Shown here: one piece after another, positions 1 to 7,687 of the stretch
Position numbering within the stretch: position 1 is the stretch's first letter
Layout of the letters: each line of letters opens with the position of its first letter
Virus record (IMG/VR): IMGVR_UViG_3300037575_000008
Coordinates: 1 to 42,539 of that record
Direction: 5' to 3' (one strand)
DNA length: 42,539 nucleotides
Source of the DNA: a virus
Taxonomy: Duplodnaviria > Caudoviricetes
Position numbers and translations under genes: made by a program
Notes under the pieces: model-generated
What the model saw: the letters and a program-made list of their open reading frames with translations, nothing else
Database searches by the model: none
What the model was told of the DNA's origin: nothing

Positions 1-127
1 ACACTTGGAACTCTTCGCCCTTGTATATGTACGACTTAGTATGCGGATTAGCAAAATAAGCATCAATCGCCTTTTGCAATTCATCCGCAGTCTTGTACTT
101 ACGTGACTTTCTCGGTTGCGTTTCGCG
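1..127. repeat. 127-bp terminal direct repeat, copy 1 (assembly overlap of a circular or permuted genome)
   Basis: 1-127 is identical to 42413-42539; 127 is a common assembler k-mer; the TerS ORF reads through the junction. Confidence 0.95.
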
Positions 128-142
128 ATTGCCTACTTTCAT
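1..142 (-). CDS. terS: Terminase small subunit, 5' part (continues across the junction to 42003; about 183 aa in total)
   Basis: ATG at 142 overlaps the TAA of the upstream gene (TAATG); MKVGNRETQPRKSRKYKTADELQKAIDAYF resembles the P22 gp3-type packaging protein N-terminus. Confidence 0.8.
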   Translation of the reverse strand, partial: MKVGNRETQPRKSRKYKTADELQKAIDAYFANPHTKSYIYKGEEFQV

Positions 143-540
143 TAATTAGTGCCTTTACCCTCTGATGTGGTCCATGCAGTGATTTCTACATCGTCGCCTA
201 GTGACCATGTTGCAGCGCTTAGAATCATGTCTGTACCTGCTGTACCTGCTGTGCCGTTACGCATCACTGCGCCACCTGAGTTTTTAAGCACGTAGTGATA
301 AGGCGCACCTGTACCGGCTGCGCTTGCTGTAACTGCGGCTGGCAAGTTAAGGCTTGATGAGCGGTTGCTTGCTGCACCGAAAGCGGGATTTGCTAGTATG
401 AATGTAGCTAACACCGTGCCTGTTGCAGCACTGTCAATATCTGCCGCGTTACCGCTACGGATTTCTACGCTGCCACCATTTGCTAATGCGTTTCGTGCAT
501 CAAGAGCCGCATTACACTCTGCTACTGAACGTTGTGCCAT
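142..540 (-). CDS. Virion structural protein (small Ala/Gly/Thr-rich beta protein; putative fibre/spike partner)
   Basis: Coupled to the upstream fibre gene and to terS; composition typical of virion accessory proteins. Confidence 0.6.
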   Translation of the reverse strand: MAQRSVAECNAALDARNALANGGSVEIRSGNAADIDSAATGTVLATFILANPAFGAASNRSSSLNLPAAVTASAAGTGAPYHYVLKNSGGAVMRNGTAGTAGTDMILSAATWSLGDDVEITAWTTSEGKGTN

Positions 541-1604
541 TATTTTACCCTTATGACGTTGTTGCGGCTTCTCACTCTTATAGTGCTAGACCGTCTATTG
601 CTAACTGAAATTGTTTTACTTGGAGTTAAGCGAATTACTGGCAACTGAATATAACAGGCCTCTTCAAAGTCGCCTGTCGTTTCTGTCACCTTAACCGTAA
701 AGCTGCTGGTTAAATTAACCTGCGCATATTCATCAAAGTCTTGCGCCAACTCCGTTACTACTGCTGATATGTTAGCACTAATCTCGGCGGTTGACGATTC
801 TGCAAACGATTGACTCAATTCTGTGACTATTGCGGCGAGTGAGCCTGATATGCTAGTTGATGCCGATTCGCTGAAATCTTGACTGGTTTCTGTGACTGAT
901 ACCGAAACGATATTGTTTGTTATCGTTGCTGATGAGGACTCAGTGAATGAGGCGCTAACTTCCGTTACTTGGGCTGACAATGTAGCCGTGAATGATGCCG
1001 CAGAAGACTCGCCAAAGTCTGATGTTGTCTCGGTAACCGATACTGTCAATCCTGTTGGTGCATCAAACAACTCCCACTGGCTATTATCAGCAGGAAATGT
1101 CGCATCAAGTGCGCCATCGTTAGTACCTACGTTATCGGTATAAACGCGGTCGTTACCGCTTGTGAGCGTTTGCTTAATGCGAGACTCGACAAGAGTTCCG
1201 TTTTCCCATACCTCAAACCGGTAAACCTTACCTGTGAAGTTACCGGTATTATTCAGGTTATTAAGAATAAAATCATTGGTTTGAGTACCTATAACGCCCT
1301 GAGGCGTACCATCGATAAGCCATGACACCTCGTCAGCGGTTGCTTCAACTCTGATTACTGTACGCGTGTTGACTGTTACTGGCGTTGTCGATGTGACATT
1401 AGGCAGTCCAGCCAAGTTATTGTTTAAATCCCAAAATCCACTGTTAGCGCGCAAATACCTAAAGTTGTTATCGTTAAAGTTTATAGCGCGTTGATTGGTT
1501 GTATTAGGAACCTCTAATTCCAACTCCCACGCCCACGTACCCCTAAGCGCTTTAGGTGTAAATGAGACTGTGCCGCCGCTAGCAAAGTTTAATGAATAAG
1601 GCAT
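540..1604 (-). CDS. Putative head/collar fibre: LamG/concanavalin-like N-domain, six ~23-aa VTE-x4-F-x-E repeats, basic C-terminal strand
   Basis: Beta-sandwich-like N-terminus (VSWLIDG, FTGKVYRFEVW); visible tandem repeats; first gene of the late operon. Confidence 0.6.
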   Translation of the reverse strand: MPYSLNFASGGTVSFTPKALRGTWAWELELEVPNTTNQRAINFNDNNFRYLRANSGFWDLNNNLAGLPNVTSTTPVTVNTRTVIRVEATADEVSWLIDGTPQGVIGTQTNDFILNNLNNTGNFTGKVYRFEVWENGTLVESRIKQTLTSGNDRVYTDNVGTNDGALDATFPADNSQWELFDAPTGLTVSVTETTSDFGESSAASFTATLSAQVTEVSASFTESSSATITNNIVSVSVTETSQDFSESASTSISGSLAAIVTELSQSFAESSTAEISANISAVVTELAQDFDEYAQVNLTSSFTVKVTETTGDFEEACYIQLPVIRLTPSKTISVSNRRSSTIRVRSRNNVIRVK

Positions 1605-1663
1605 GGTATCAAGCGTTGTGGTAGAATTGTCTTAGTATACGCTTATAGCAGGCGAAAAAAAAG

Positions 1664-2251
1664 CTAACCAACAATATGAGGCAACAAAACAGACTCAACC
1701 TTCTCTACGTAGAAACTTCTTATCCTTGAATCTTTCTCTTTTTTTGCTATTTCCTTAGCCCTGTTAATTTTTACTTCAAACCAAGCCATGCGCGCCTCCA
1801 TTTCACTGTAAAACCTATCCTCTTTTTTTCTTCCGCATCCGTTAGCCAAAAAGTAAAATGAATCACCACTTGATATTTTATATACCCCTGTTCTTTTGTG
1901 GTACTCACCTGGCTGACATCGCCAAGCGATTAGATTGTTGGCGGCTCTAGATACGAAAGCACAATTTTCTGGTGAATAAATAAGCCCGTCGCCAAGTATA
2001 TCCTTGTCTAAGTGCTGACCTGCCCAGTCCTGCTCTTTCATCCACTTTTCGAAATTACTAAATCTAATCCAATCTTTGCATACAGACACCCTTTTATAAG
2101 TTTTTTGATTTTTTAGTGTCGCAGGACTGTAGCACCTAGCCATCATCTGAGACCACCTTCTGTAATAAGGACACCAAATCCTTTCACCATTAACGCGAAC
2201 CTTTACTGGGTGGTCAGAGTCATTTATACCTATACCATATATTAAACTCAT
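1664..2251 (-). CDS. HNH-type homing endonuclease
   Basis: YRRWSQMMARCY...VCKDWIRFSNF..W...LDKDILG...YSPENCAFV motif of phage HNH proteins; AP2-like C-terminal part. Confidence 0.75.
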   Translation of the reverse strand: MSLIYGIGINDSDHPVKVRVNGERIWCPYYRRWSQMMARCYSPATLKNQKTYKRVSVCKDWIRFSNFEKWMKEQDWAGQHLDKDILGDGLIYSPENCAFVSRAANNLIAWRCQPGEYHKRTGVYKISSGDSFYFLANGCGRKKEDRFYSEMEARMAWFEVKINRAKEIAKKEKDSRIRSFYVEKVESVLLPHIVG

Positions 2252-2298
2252 AAACTTTCCTTTCTTAAATTTAACTTTCCAAAAAGCCCCATTTAACC

Positions 2299-2324
2299 AA
2301 AAAATAGCCCGTGAAGGACGGGCT
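2299..2324 (-). terminator. Rho-independent terminator ending the left early arm
   Basis: AGCCCGT-gaagg-ACGGGCT stem with an A-run on + (U-run on -). Confidence 0.75.
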
Positions 2325-2380
2325 TAAAGGGAGATTGTGAAAGTGCCTTTAATCAACTCAACAAAAGCATTGCTATAGTT

Positions 2381-2536
2381 TCATATAACTCCTAGCGATG
2401 TCAATACATGATTCAAACAGAATCCGCCCATCCAACTAATCAGAATAGCCAAGCAAAAAGAGCGCCGCTCATTTTTTGACTTTAGTAAAATAATCCCTAG
2501 CGCGATTATAGAAATTAACAGTATAAAATAAATCAT
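2381..2536 (-). CDS. Small membrane protein (51 aa, not in ORF track)
   Basis: MIYFILLISIIALGIILLKSK...; AAGGAG RBS. Confidence 0.65.
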   Translation of the reverse strand: MIYFILLISIIALGIILLKSKNERRSFCLAILISWMGGFCLNHVLTSLGVI

Positions 2537-2548
2537 AAATCTGACTCC

Positions 2549-2734
2549 TTAGTCATTACACGTACCATAGTCTATTGCAACCACTTTAAGCGGTATCATC
2601 AATACGTTGGTGTCGTACTCACTATCGAAGTGCTCGTATATACCATCGATAGCCTGTTGCAATGTGCCTGCGCCAATCAGCCTAAGCGTGTGCGTATTGC
2701 CTGCGAATTCTACTGTAGCGGTTGCGTATTTCAT
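2549..2734 (-). CDS. Hypothetical protein (start revised to ATG 2734, MKYATATVEF)
   Basis: ATGA overlap with the upstream small ORF. Confidence 0.65.
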   Translation of the reverse strand: MKYATATVEFAGNTHTLRLIGAGTLQQAIDGIYEHFDSEYDTNVLMIPLKVVAIDYGTCND

Positions 2735-2850
2735 TTCTTTCTCACAATCACGTAGCAATCTTCTACTTTTCTGCGGCAAATAACGTTAACTATTCTTGGT
2801 TGATTGCTTTTTGTTTTCTTTTTCCCGATAAGCTTAAAGTACCTAATCAT
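2731..2850 (-). CDS. Small basic hypothetical protein (39 aa, not in ORF track)
   Basis: MIRYFKLIGKKKTK...; ATGA overlaps at both ends. Confidence 0.55.
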   Translation of the reverse strand: MIRYFKLIGKKKTKSNQPRIVNVICRRKVEDCYVIVRKK

Positions 2851-3233
2851 CTTCTACCCCACTTAGGCGCACGTTTGCGGTCTGATTTATTTCGTCTTTG
2901 TGCCTTGTTGTTTCTGTATATCTCGTCAAGCACATGTTGTGGAGGGTCGCCAATAGTCAGTTTCCCAGACTCTATTTCTGACCTAATAAATTCCTGCAAC
3001 TCCTTGTAGGAACTTAATCTCTCGTAATCTTCCGCATCAACTAAGTCAATCCACGCTGAAAACGAATCTGCGGTTTCAATGCTGTTGGGCATTTCCACTA
3101 AAGAGCTATCGTCCGGAAGTATTGGGTCAGCAAACCATTTTTCAGTTAACCACCACACAACAACAGCAGGTATAATGCATAGAAGTAGAAACAAATGCCA
3201 TCCGTATTCATAACCGTTAATCAATTCAATCAT
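2847..3233 (-). CDS. Membrane-anchored hypothetical protein
   Basis: N-terminal TM segment; coupled overlaps with neighbours. Confidence 0.7.
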   Translation of the reverse strand: MIELINGYEYGWHLFLLLCIIPAVVVWWLTEKWFADPILPDDSSLVEMPNSIETADSFSAWIDLVDAEDYERLSSYKELQEFIRSEIESGKLTIGDPPQHVLDEIYRNNKAQRRNKSDRKRAPKWGRR

Positions 3234-3418
3234 TTACCGCCACCTTTAGCCCATTCAAAAATAGACTTAATTGTCGGTGGAGAATCTATATCTCCAATAT
3301 CACTAAGAATTGAACCGACAAACAAAAAACAATAGCCAAGACCGCTGCAAGCGAAAAGAAACAAAGCTACTGGCAGAAAAACAGGAATTAAAATCCATGC
3401 TCTATAATTTACTCTCAC
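3230..3418 (-). CDS. Small membrane protein
   Basis: Hydrophobic; GTGA/ATGA overlaps. Confidence 0.65.
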   Translation of the reverse strand: MRVNYRAWILIPVFLPVALFLFACSGLGYCFLFVGSILSDIGDIDSPPTIKSIFEWAKGGGK

Positions 3419-3567
3419 TTCCTTCTCCTAATCAACGACTTCAAAATCTTAGCAACAGCCAACGTAGCGCCACAACACAAAACAGCCATAGCCAAGCCTA
3501 TCCCAATCATATAAAGCGGGTCAGATTGGATTAGGTGCGCAAATTCGGAATATTTGAAGGCTAGCAT
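3415..3567 (-). CDS. Small membrane protein (50 aa, not in ORF track)
   Basis: MLAFKYSEFAHLIQSDPLYMIGIGLAMAVLCC...; uses the AAGGGG RBS inside the cassette repeat. Confidence 0.6.
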   Translation of the reverse strand: MLAFKYSEFAHLIQSDPLYMIGIGLAMAVLCCGATLAVAKILKSLIRRRK

Positions 3568-3911
3568 TGTTTTTGCCCCTTGCGTAGTTGTTCTTCCAAA
3601 AACTTTATATGCTCTAAAACCCAGCTAGTGCTACCAAAAGCACACTTCTTCGCTGTCTCTAGTTGTTTCTCTATGGCGAATTTGTTTAGTAGTGCTTTTG
3701 ATTCCGTATTATCAATTTCAAATAGGCGGTCGATTGCCGCCCCCATATCCATTTCAGTTAACTCGCAGCAAGCTTCAACGTTAGCAGCTAACTCTAAATT
3801 AATTTTCTCCAACTTCTTCGCACGCTCATTAGCCTTTGCTAGTTGCTGCTCAAGCCTGTCAATCTTCTTTTTCATTGCGTATTTGTCTGGTAAAAAATAG
3901 GGTTTATCCAT
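3561..3911 (-). CDS. Coiled-coil hypothetical protein, cassette 3 (start revised to MDKPYF)
   Basis: EQQLAKANE and EQLRKGQ shared motifs; RBS in the upstream repeat. Confidence 0.75.
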   Translation of the reverse strand: MDKPYFLPDKYAMKKKIDRLEQQLAKANERAKKLEKINLELAANVEACCELTEMDMGAAIDRLFEIDNTESKALLNKFAIEKQLETAKKCAFGSTSWVLEHIKFLEEQLRKGQKQC

Positions 3912-4277
3912 CACTCTTGCCCCTTGCGTAGTTGTTCTGCGTACTCGTCCAAAAATGCAACCATACAATCAATACCATCTCTATATTCGATTGGCATAGT
4001 GTCAAATTGCTTTTTAAACCAGTTTTTTGATTTTATTTCAGCATACTTGAATGCATCTTTAATCGCTGAAACTTTATCTGATACAGAATCTCGCTCCAAC
4101 TCCCTAGCACGCTCATTAGCTTTTGCTAGTTGCTCTGATTTCTTTTCAATGATTTCAATTAACTCATTAATATCGCTCATTCTGACCGCTGGCCAACCGT
4201 CAGGTTTGTGGTCTTCGTTTAACAATTTCATTTGTTCTAGTAATTCGCTCACTTATCTTGCCCCTTGCGTAGTTGTT
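3573..4277 (-). repeat. Three copies of a 20-bp gene-end repeat (3573-3592, 3917-3936, 4258-4277)
   Basis: Minus strand AACAACTACGCAAGGGGCAA, identical in all three copies. Confidence 0.95.
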
Positions 4278-4593
4278 TATCTTGGCACTTGCAGTAAGTC
4301 CCGTAAGCGCCACATTCTAATTCACAACTACTATGGTTATTAGCGAGAACTTGCTCCTGTTTACTGTTTAGTTCAGATAGCTTGGTAACCATTGAGTTGT
4401 ACTTTTCGATAGGCACAAAGAAAGTTCCGTCTGTTACGCTTGGGTGTGGAAACATATCAACAATGCCAGAATGGTATACGCTAATGCATTGTTTTAAATG
4501 CTCAACACTCTCATTAGCTTTTTTTAATTCGTCCTGGCATGATTCAAAAGCACAGAAAAGCGCTTTGTAATCCTCATTAGCCTTTGCTAGTTG
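3820..4593 (-). repeat. Three copies of an internal repeat encoding QLAKANE (3820-3847, 4107-4134, 4573-4593)
   Basis: + strand ctcattagc(c/t)tttgctagttg; partial fourth copy near 4510. Confidence 0.9.
3911..4252 (-). CDS. Coiled-coil hypothetical protein, cassette 2
   Basis: EQLAKANERARELE ... EQLRKGQE. Confidence 0.75.
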   Translation of the reverse strand: MSELLEQMKLLNEDHKPDGWPAVRMSDINELIEIIEKKSEQLAKANERARELERDSVSDKVSAIKDAFKYAEIKSKNWFKKQFDTMPIEYRDGIDCMVAFLDEYAEQLRKGQE

Positions 4594-4758
4594 TTCGTGC
4601 AAAGATTTCAATTCATTTTCAACGCTTGACTCGTGGTAGTACCAAGTACATTCCTCTACTTGCACAGCATCAGCGCTATTAAAAAAATCAGTAAATAGAC
4701 TTTCAACTTTAGACATTTCAAAGCCGTTTAGACATTTATTTAGACATTCGTTAGACAT
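4249..4758 (-). CDS. Coiled-coil hypothetical protein, cassette 1 (likely start MSNECL at 4758, or 4770)
   Basis: EQLAKANE ... KQLRKGQDK; Cys cluster near the C-terminus. Confidence 0.7.
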   Translation of the reverse strand: MSNECLNKCLNGFEMSKVESLFTDFFNSADAVQVEECTWYYHESSVENELKSLHEQLAKANEDYKALFCAFESCQDELKKANESVEHLKQCISVYHSGIVDMFPHPSVTDGTFFVPIEKYNSMVTKLSELNSKQEQVLANNHSSCELECGAYGTYCKCQDKQLRKGQDK

Positions 4759-4787
4759 TCTTAATCTCATTTTTTCGCTTTGGTTAA

Positions 4788-4860
4788 TGGTACTGTTACG
4801 GATTCGAACCGCATACACACCTGCGACTAGGTGTCGGGATTGGCGCACTACACCAACATA
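4788..4860 (-). ncRNA. Degenerate tRNA-like element
   Basis: 73 nt; T-arm TGCGG-TTCGAAT-CCGTA, ACACC/GGTGT stem, 3' ACCA; acceptor and D stems are poor. Confidence 0.35.
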
Positions 4861-4953
4861 ATTAACTAGTATTTCAGTTTGGAGCTATACCCTAGCAAGC
4901 CATTTTGCTATTCAATCCCATTACCAAAACGCCCTATTGCTAGGGACGTTTAA

Positions 4954-4994
4954 ACATTACACCCTAACCCGTCACTTAACAACTCTGACCAGTA
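4954..4994 (-). promoter_or_regulatory. FadR-type box (4978-4994) with -10 TAATGT (4954-4959)
   Basis: TACTGGTCAGAGTTGTT, 18 nt, TAATGT. Confidence 0.6.
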
Positions 4995-5215
4995 AAACTT
5001 CCACTCGTTAACGGCATCAACGCAAACGCTCTAGCATAAGCGCCGCCCTGCTTGATTTTGTTGCGGCGTATCGTTTCGCTGATAATCGAGTGCTTTCGAC
5101 TTGCTCTTGAAGTATCGCGCGATGTTAACCCTAGGTGCTGTGCTGTCTTTTTACTGCTCGTTAGATGCACGTTTTTAAACACTGCATCGTAAATCTGTTT
5201 GCTTTTTTTATCCAT
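4976..5215 (-). CDS. Small basic protein, possible HTH
   Basis: SSKKTAQHLGLTSRDTSRA pattern; coupled to the upstream gene. Confidence 0.65.
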   Translation of the reverse strand: MDKKSKQIYDAVFKNVHLTSSKKTAQHLGLTSRDTSRASRKHSIISETIRRNKIKQGGAYARAFALMPLTSGSFTGQSC

Positions 5216-5393
5216 TGCCGTACTGCTCGCTTATTTTTGCAAATAAATGATATTCCCCGTCACGCTCGATAATCATGTGCTCTTTCTTTAGCTTCATGTA
5301 TCTTGTGAGCGTACCACGCTGGATGCGTAACATGCTGGCAACCTTTGACTGGTTGCCGCGTGTCATTACTAAGAGGTCTGATATTGTTAGCAT
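5208..5393 (-). CDS. ninH: NinH-like (Fis-type HTH) protein
   Basis: TISDLLVMTRGNQSKVASMLRIQRGTLTRY resembles lambda NinH. Confidence 0.7.
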   Translation of the reverse strand: MLTISDLLVMTRGNQSKVASMLRIQRGTLTRYMKLKKEHMIIERDGEYHLFAKISEQYGNG

Positions 5394-5650
5394 TACAATC
5401 CCGCCTCATGCTCTAGTTTTGTTCTGTATGCTTCGCGTAGTAGCATGTCAGCAGTATCTTCAAATAGCTCACCAATAAAGTTAACTGCTATTTCTGTACT
5501 GCCATCCATAACACTATCAAGTATTATTTCAACCTGCTTGTTGTCGGTTGCCATGTCCGCTATTACATCTCGATACTTAACCAGCAGCCCGTTATCATCA
5601 CCCTCACGCAGACGCTCAACCGCATCGGCTAGTTCTTGTTCGTTTATCAT
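5393..5650 (-). CDS. Acidic hypothetical protein
   Basis: GGAG RBS; coupled overlaps. Confidence 0.75.
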   Translation of the reverse strand: MINEQELADAVERLREGDDNGLLVKYRDVIADMATDNKQVEIILDSVMDGSTEIAVNFIGELFEDTADMLLREAYRTKLEHEAGL

Positions 5651-5832
5651 TGTTCTTCTCCGTAGATTTCGAATGCTGTTACTTTCTCTGTCGCGCCTCT
5701 AAGTTCATCGACACTGAAAGAATTCGCATCATGCTCGCCATGATTGTCAGTTGCGATACACATTTTTACATCCAAATCACCATGCTTGGCGATAAGCTTA
5801 ACCAAATCTCGTACTAGTATTGTTGCTTTCAC
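5647..5832 (-). CDS. Hypothetical protein
   Basis: AAGGAG RBS; first gene after the box promoter. Confidence 0.7.
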   Translation of the reverse strand: MKATILVRDLVKLIAKHGDLDVKMCIATDNHGEHDANSFSVDELRGATEKVTAFEIYGEEQ

Positions 5833-5858
5833 AATTCTCTCCTTTAAAAACTAAGCGC

Positions 5859-5898
5859 ACCTTAACACGACGGATGCGCTTAACAGATTAGACCAGTT
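5859..5898 (-). promoter_or_regulatory. FadR-type box (5882-5898) with extended -10 TGtTAAGGT
   Basis: AACTGGTCTAATCTGTT, 17 nt, TAAGGT; 23-bp exact inverted copy at 16740-16762. Confidence 0.7.
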
Positions 5899-6301
5899 AG
5901 ATTATTTCGTATTTCTGCTTAATATTGTTAACCTCTGAACTGTTCGTCTGGCGCGCCATAAGAATATCCCACGCTTCCGCCTTGGTCAGCTTTGGCTTGA
6001 TGGGTTTTAGCGCCTCATGATCAACAATTTGGTAATCCCCTTCCTTGCACAAAACAACTATGTCTTCGTCTACGTCTGGTTTGTTAATAATGATTTTGCA
6101 TTTGCGACCGTCAAGAGTATGCGTCCACTTCTCGCACTCTTGCTCTGCATCCGCAACGGTTTTTGTTTGTGAGGGGCGATTAACATCAAGTTCACTGAAA
6201 AACTTATCGGTATCAGCAGAGCACCCTGCTCTATGCTTTAAGTTTGCCCACTTGTAAAACTCGTAAACCGCATTAACAGCATTATCATTCCAATCAATCA
6301 T
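5897..6301 (-). CDS. Hypothetical protein (start revised to MIDWND)
   Basis: GGAG RBS, ATGA overlap. Confidence 0.7.
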   Translation of the reverse strand: MIDWNDNAVNAVYEFYKWANLKHRAGCSADTDKFFSELDVNRPSQTKTVADAEQECEKWTHTLDGRKCKIIINKPDVDEDIVVLCKEGDYQIVDHEALKPIKPKLTKAEAWDILMARQTNSSEVNNIKQKYEII

Positions 6302-6471
6302 TTGTTTTGTTCTCCAATAATCAAATCCCAAAGCGGACTAAATTTATTTACTAGCCCTTCATCTTCAATGACTCGATAAACAACTTCGAGTCTATTGGCC
6401 AACCTCTCATTCTCCCTCACCAACTCAATCCAATCCTGTGGCGTTGGCGCTGTTGCTTTGATTTCTTTCAT
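6298..6471 (-). CDS. Hypothetical protein (57 aa, not in ORF track)
   Basis: MKEIKATAPTPQDWIELVRENERL...; GGAGG RBS; ATGA overlaps at both ends. Confidence 0.65.
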   Translation of the reverse strand: MKEIKATAPTPQDWIELVRENERLANRLEVVYRVIEDEGLVNKFSPLWDLIIGEQNK

Positions 6472-7481
6472 AGTTCACCTCCAAACAAATCATAACCGTT
6501 ACAGCTTGATGAGCACCCATCTTGCTGATTATCAGCACCAATCATTCTCCTTAGTGCCCATGCGTCGTAATGCTCCGCTTCCCCTATTATAATTTCGGCG
6601 CTTCTATGCCCCCTAAAAAACAACCTGCTTTTTTCGTTATCTTTTATGTCCATGTATTCACTTTCAAACCACTTGAAAGCTTCAAATCTTTCTGGGTGTT
6701 CTTTTGCTAGAAGGTAAAGCTTTCTGTCTGACTTCTTCCAACACGTAGCGCAATTGCCTTCATGCTCTTCAAGCTCCAAGTTGAAAGGCTGATCCTCCCA
6801 AAATATATTTACATCCTCTTTGTTCATAGGAAACCAGTCGCATATAGGGAAAACAAGATTGTATTTGTTTAACTTATTACTGTAACTCTTAAGCAGTTTA
6901 AGTTCTTTTTTCCCTATCAAGTGGAAAAGAGGATTATCTCTTAAATGCACAATTCTTGATGGGCCGGAATTTCTAAAATGCAAATCATTGACACCAATGT
7001 CTCTTAATATCTTCCTAATTGGCGCGCTGCAAACCCTATTAGGCTCATCGGCCCTAAAACCCAAAGCCTGTTTATAGTGCTTTGTATTTATCGACGTGCG
7101 ATAGGATTCTATAACTTGCTCCTTTAGTCTGTCAGAGCATTGCGGGTAAGCTTGGTTTGGCACGCCGTTTTTTCTAACGTGAGAATGAAAAGGATGTAGA
7201 GGGTCTTTGTATTGATGAATTCTATAAGCATCTTCAAAGTTTGTTATGCGGTGGGTATTGCCCTCATTATGACCATGTACGACAGCCTCTAACCAAACAA
7301 TGTTTAGCCCGTAGTGTTTATCGCACTTATCAACAAACTCCAGTGTCTCTTCGTTTTCAAGTCCGGTGTTGGCAAATACACAAATCTGCTCATCAAAAAT
7401 GTCCATGTATTTATCTTTAACCGTGATGGCTTGGCACATTGATGTTTTGCCGCCGCTTGTGTTCGTTATTATCCCTGCCAC
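6468..7481 (-). CDS. PAPS-reductase family (PP-loop) protein, possibly Fe-S, possibly DNA modification
   Basis: SGGKTS PP-loop, FANTGLE..ETLEF, GFRADE, NCATCWKKS, C-terminal CSSSC. Confidence 0.8.
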   Translation of the reverse strand: MAGIITNTSGGKTSMCQAITVKDKYMDIFDEQICVFANTGLENEETLEFVDKCDKHYGLNIVWLEAVVHGHNEGNTHRITNFEDAYRIHQYKDPLHPFHSHVRKNGVPNQAYPQCSDRLKEQVIESYRTSINTKHYKQALGFRADEPNRVCSAPIRKILRDIGVNDLHFRNSGPSRIVHLRDNPLFHLIGKKELKLLKSYSNKLNKYNLVFPICDWFPMNKEDVNIFWEDQPFNLELEEHEGNCATCWKKSDRKLYLLAKEHPERFEAFKWFESEYMDIKDNEKSRLFFRGHRSAEIIIGEAEHYDAWALRRMIGADNQQDGCSSSCNGYDLFGGEL

Positions 7482-7510
7482 TTCTCAATCTCCTCTTGTT
7501 TGTTGGTTAA

Positions 7511-7687
7511 CTATACCGCCTCAGATTTAACCAACTTCCCCTTCGTGCGAATGTAGACATTACCATCATCATCTGCATGCGCGTCGTTATCGAGCCACCG
7601 TCTAAGCTGGTACGGGTGAATATCGTAAGCCCTGGCGAATGATAGTTGGCTAGGGTATTCGGTTAGTAGGGTTTTTAGTGGTGTCAT
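7511..7687 (-). CDS. Small Cro-like HTH protein (58 aa, not in ORF track)
   Basis: YPSQLSFARAYDIHPYQLRRWL; TAATG overlap with the upstream gene. Confidence 0.65.
   Translation of the reverse strand: MTPLKTLLTEYPSQLSFARAYDIHPYQLRRWLDNDAHADDDGNVYIRTKGKLVKSEAV

Noticed and set aside
1-127. Biological direct terminal repeat
   Set aside because: It is exactly 127 bp, falls in the middle of terS, and the terminase is headful-type; best explained as an assembler overlap.
3573-4593. CRISPR array or DGR template/variable repeats
   Set aside because: The repeats are in-frame parts of genes about 340 bp apart; there is no cas or reverse transcriptase gene and no adenine-specific variation.
4788-4860. 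Functional tRNA gene or attP site
   Set aside because: Acceptor and D stems and the anticodon loop are non-canonical and there is no integrase; kept only as a tRNA-like element.
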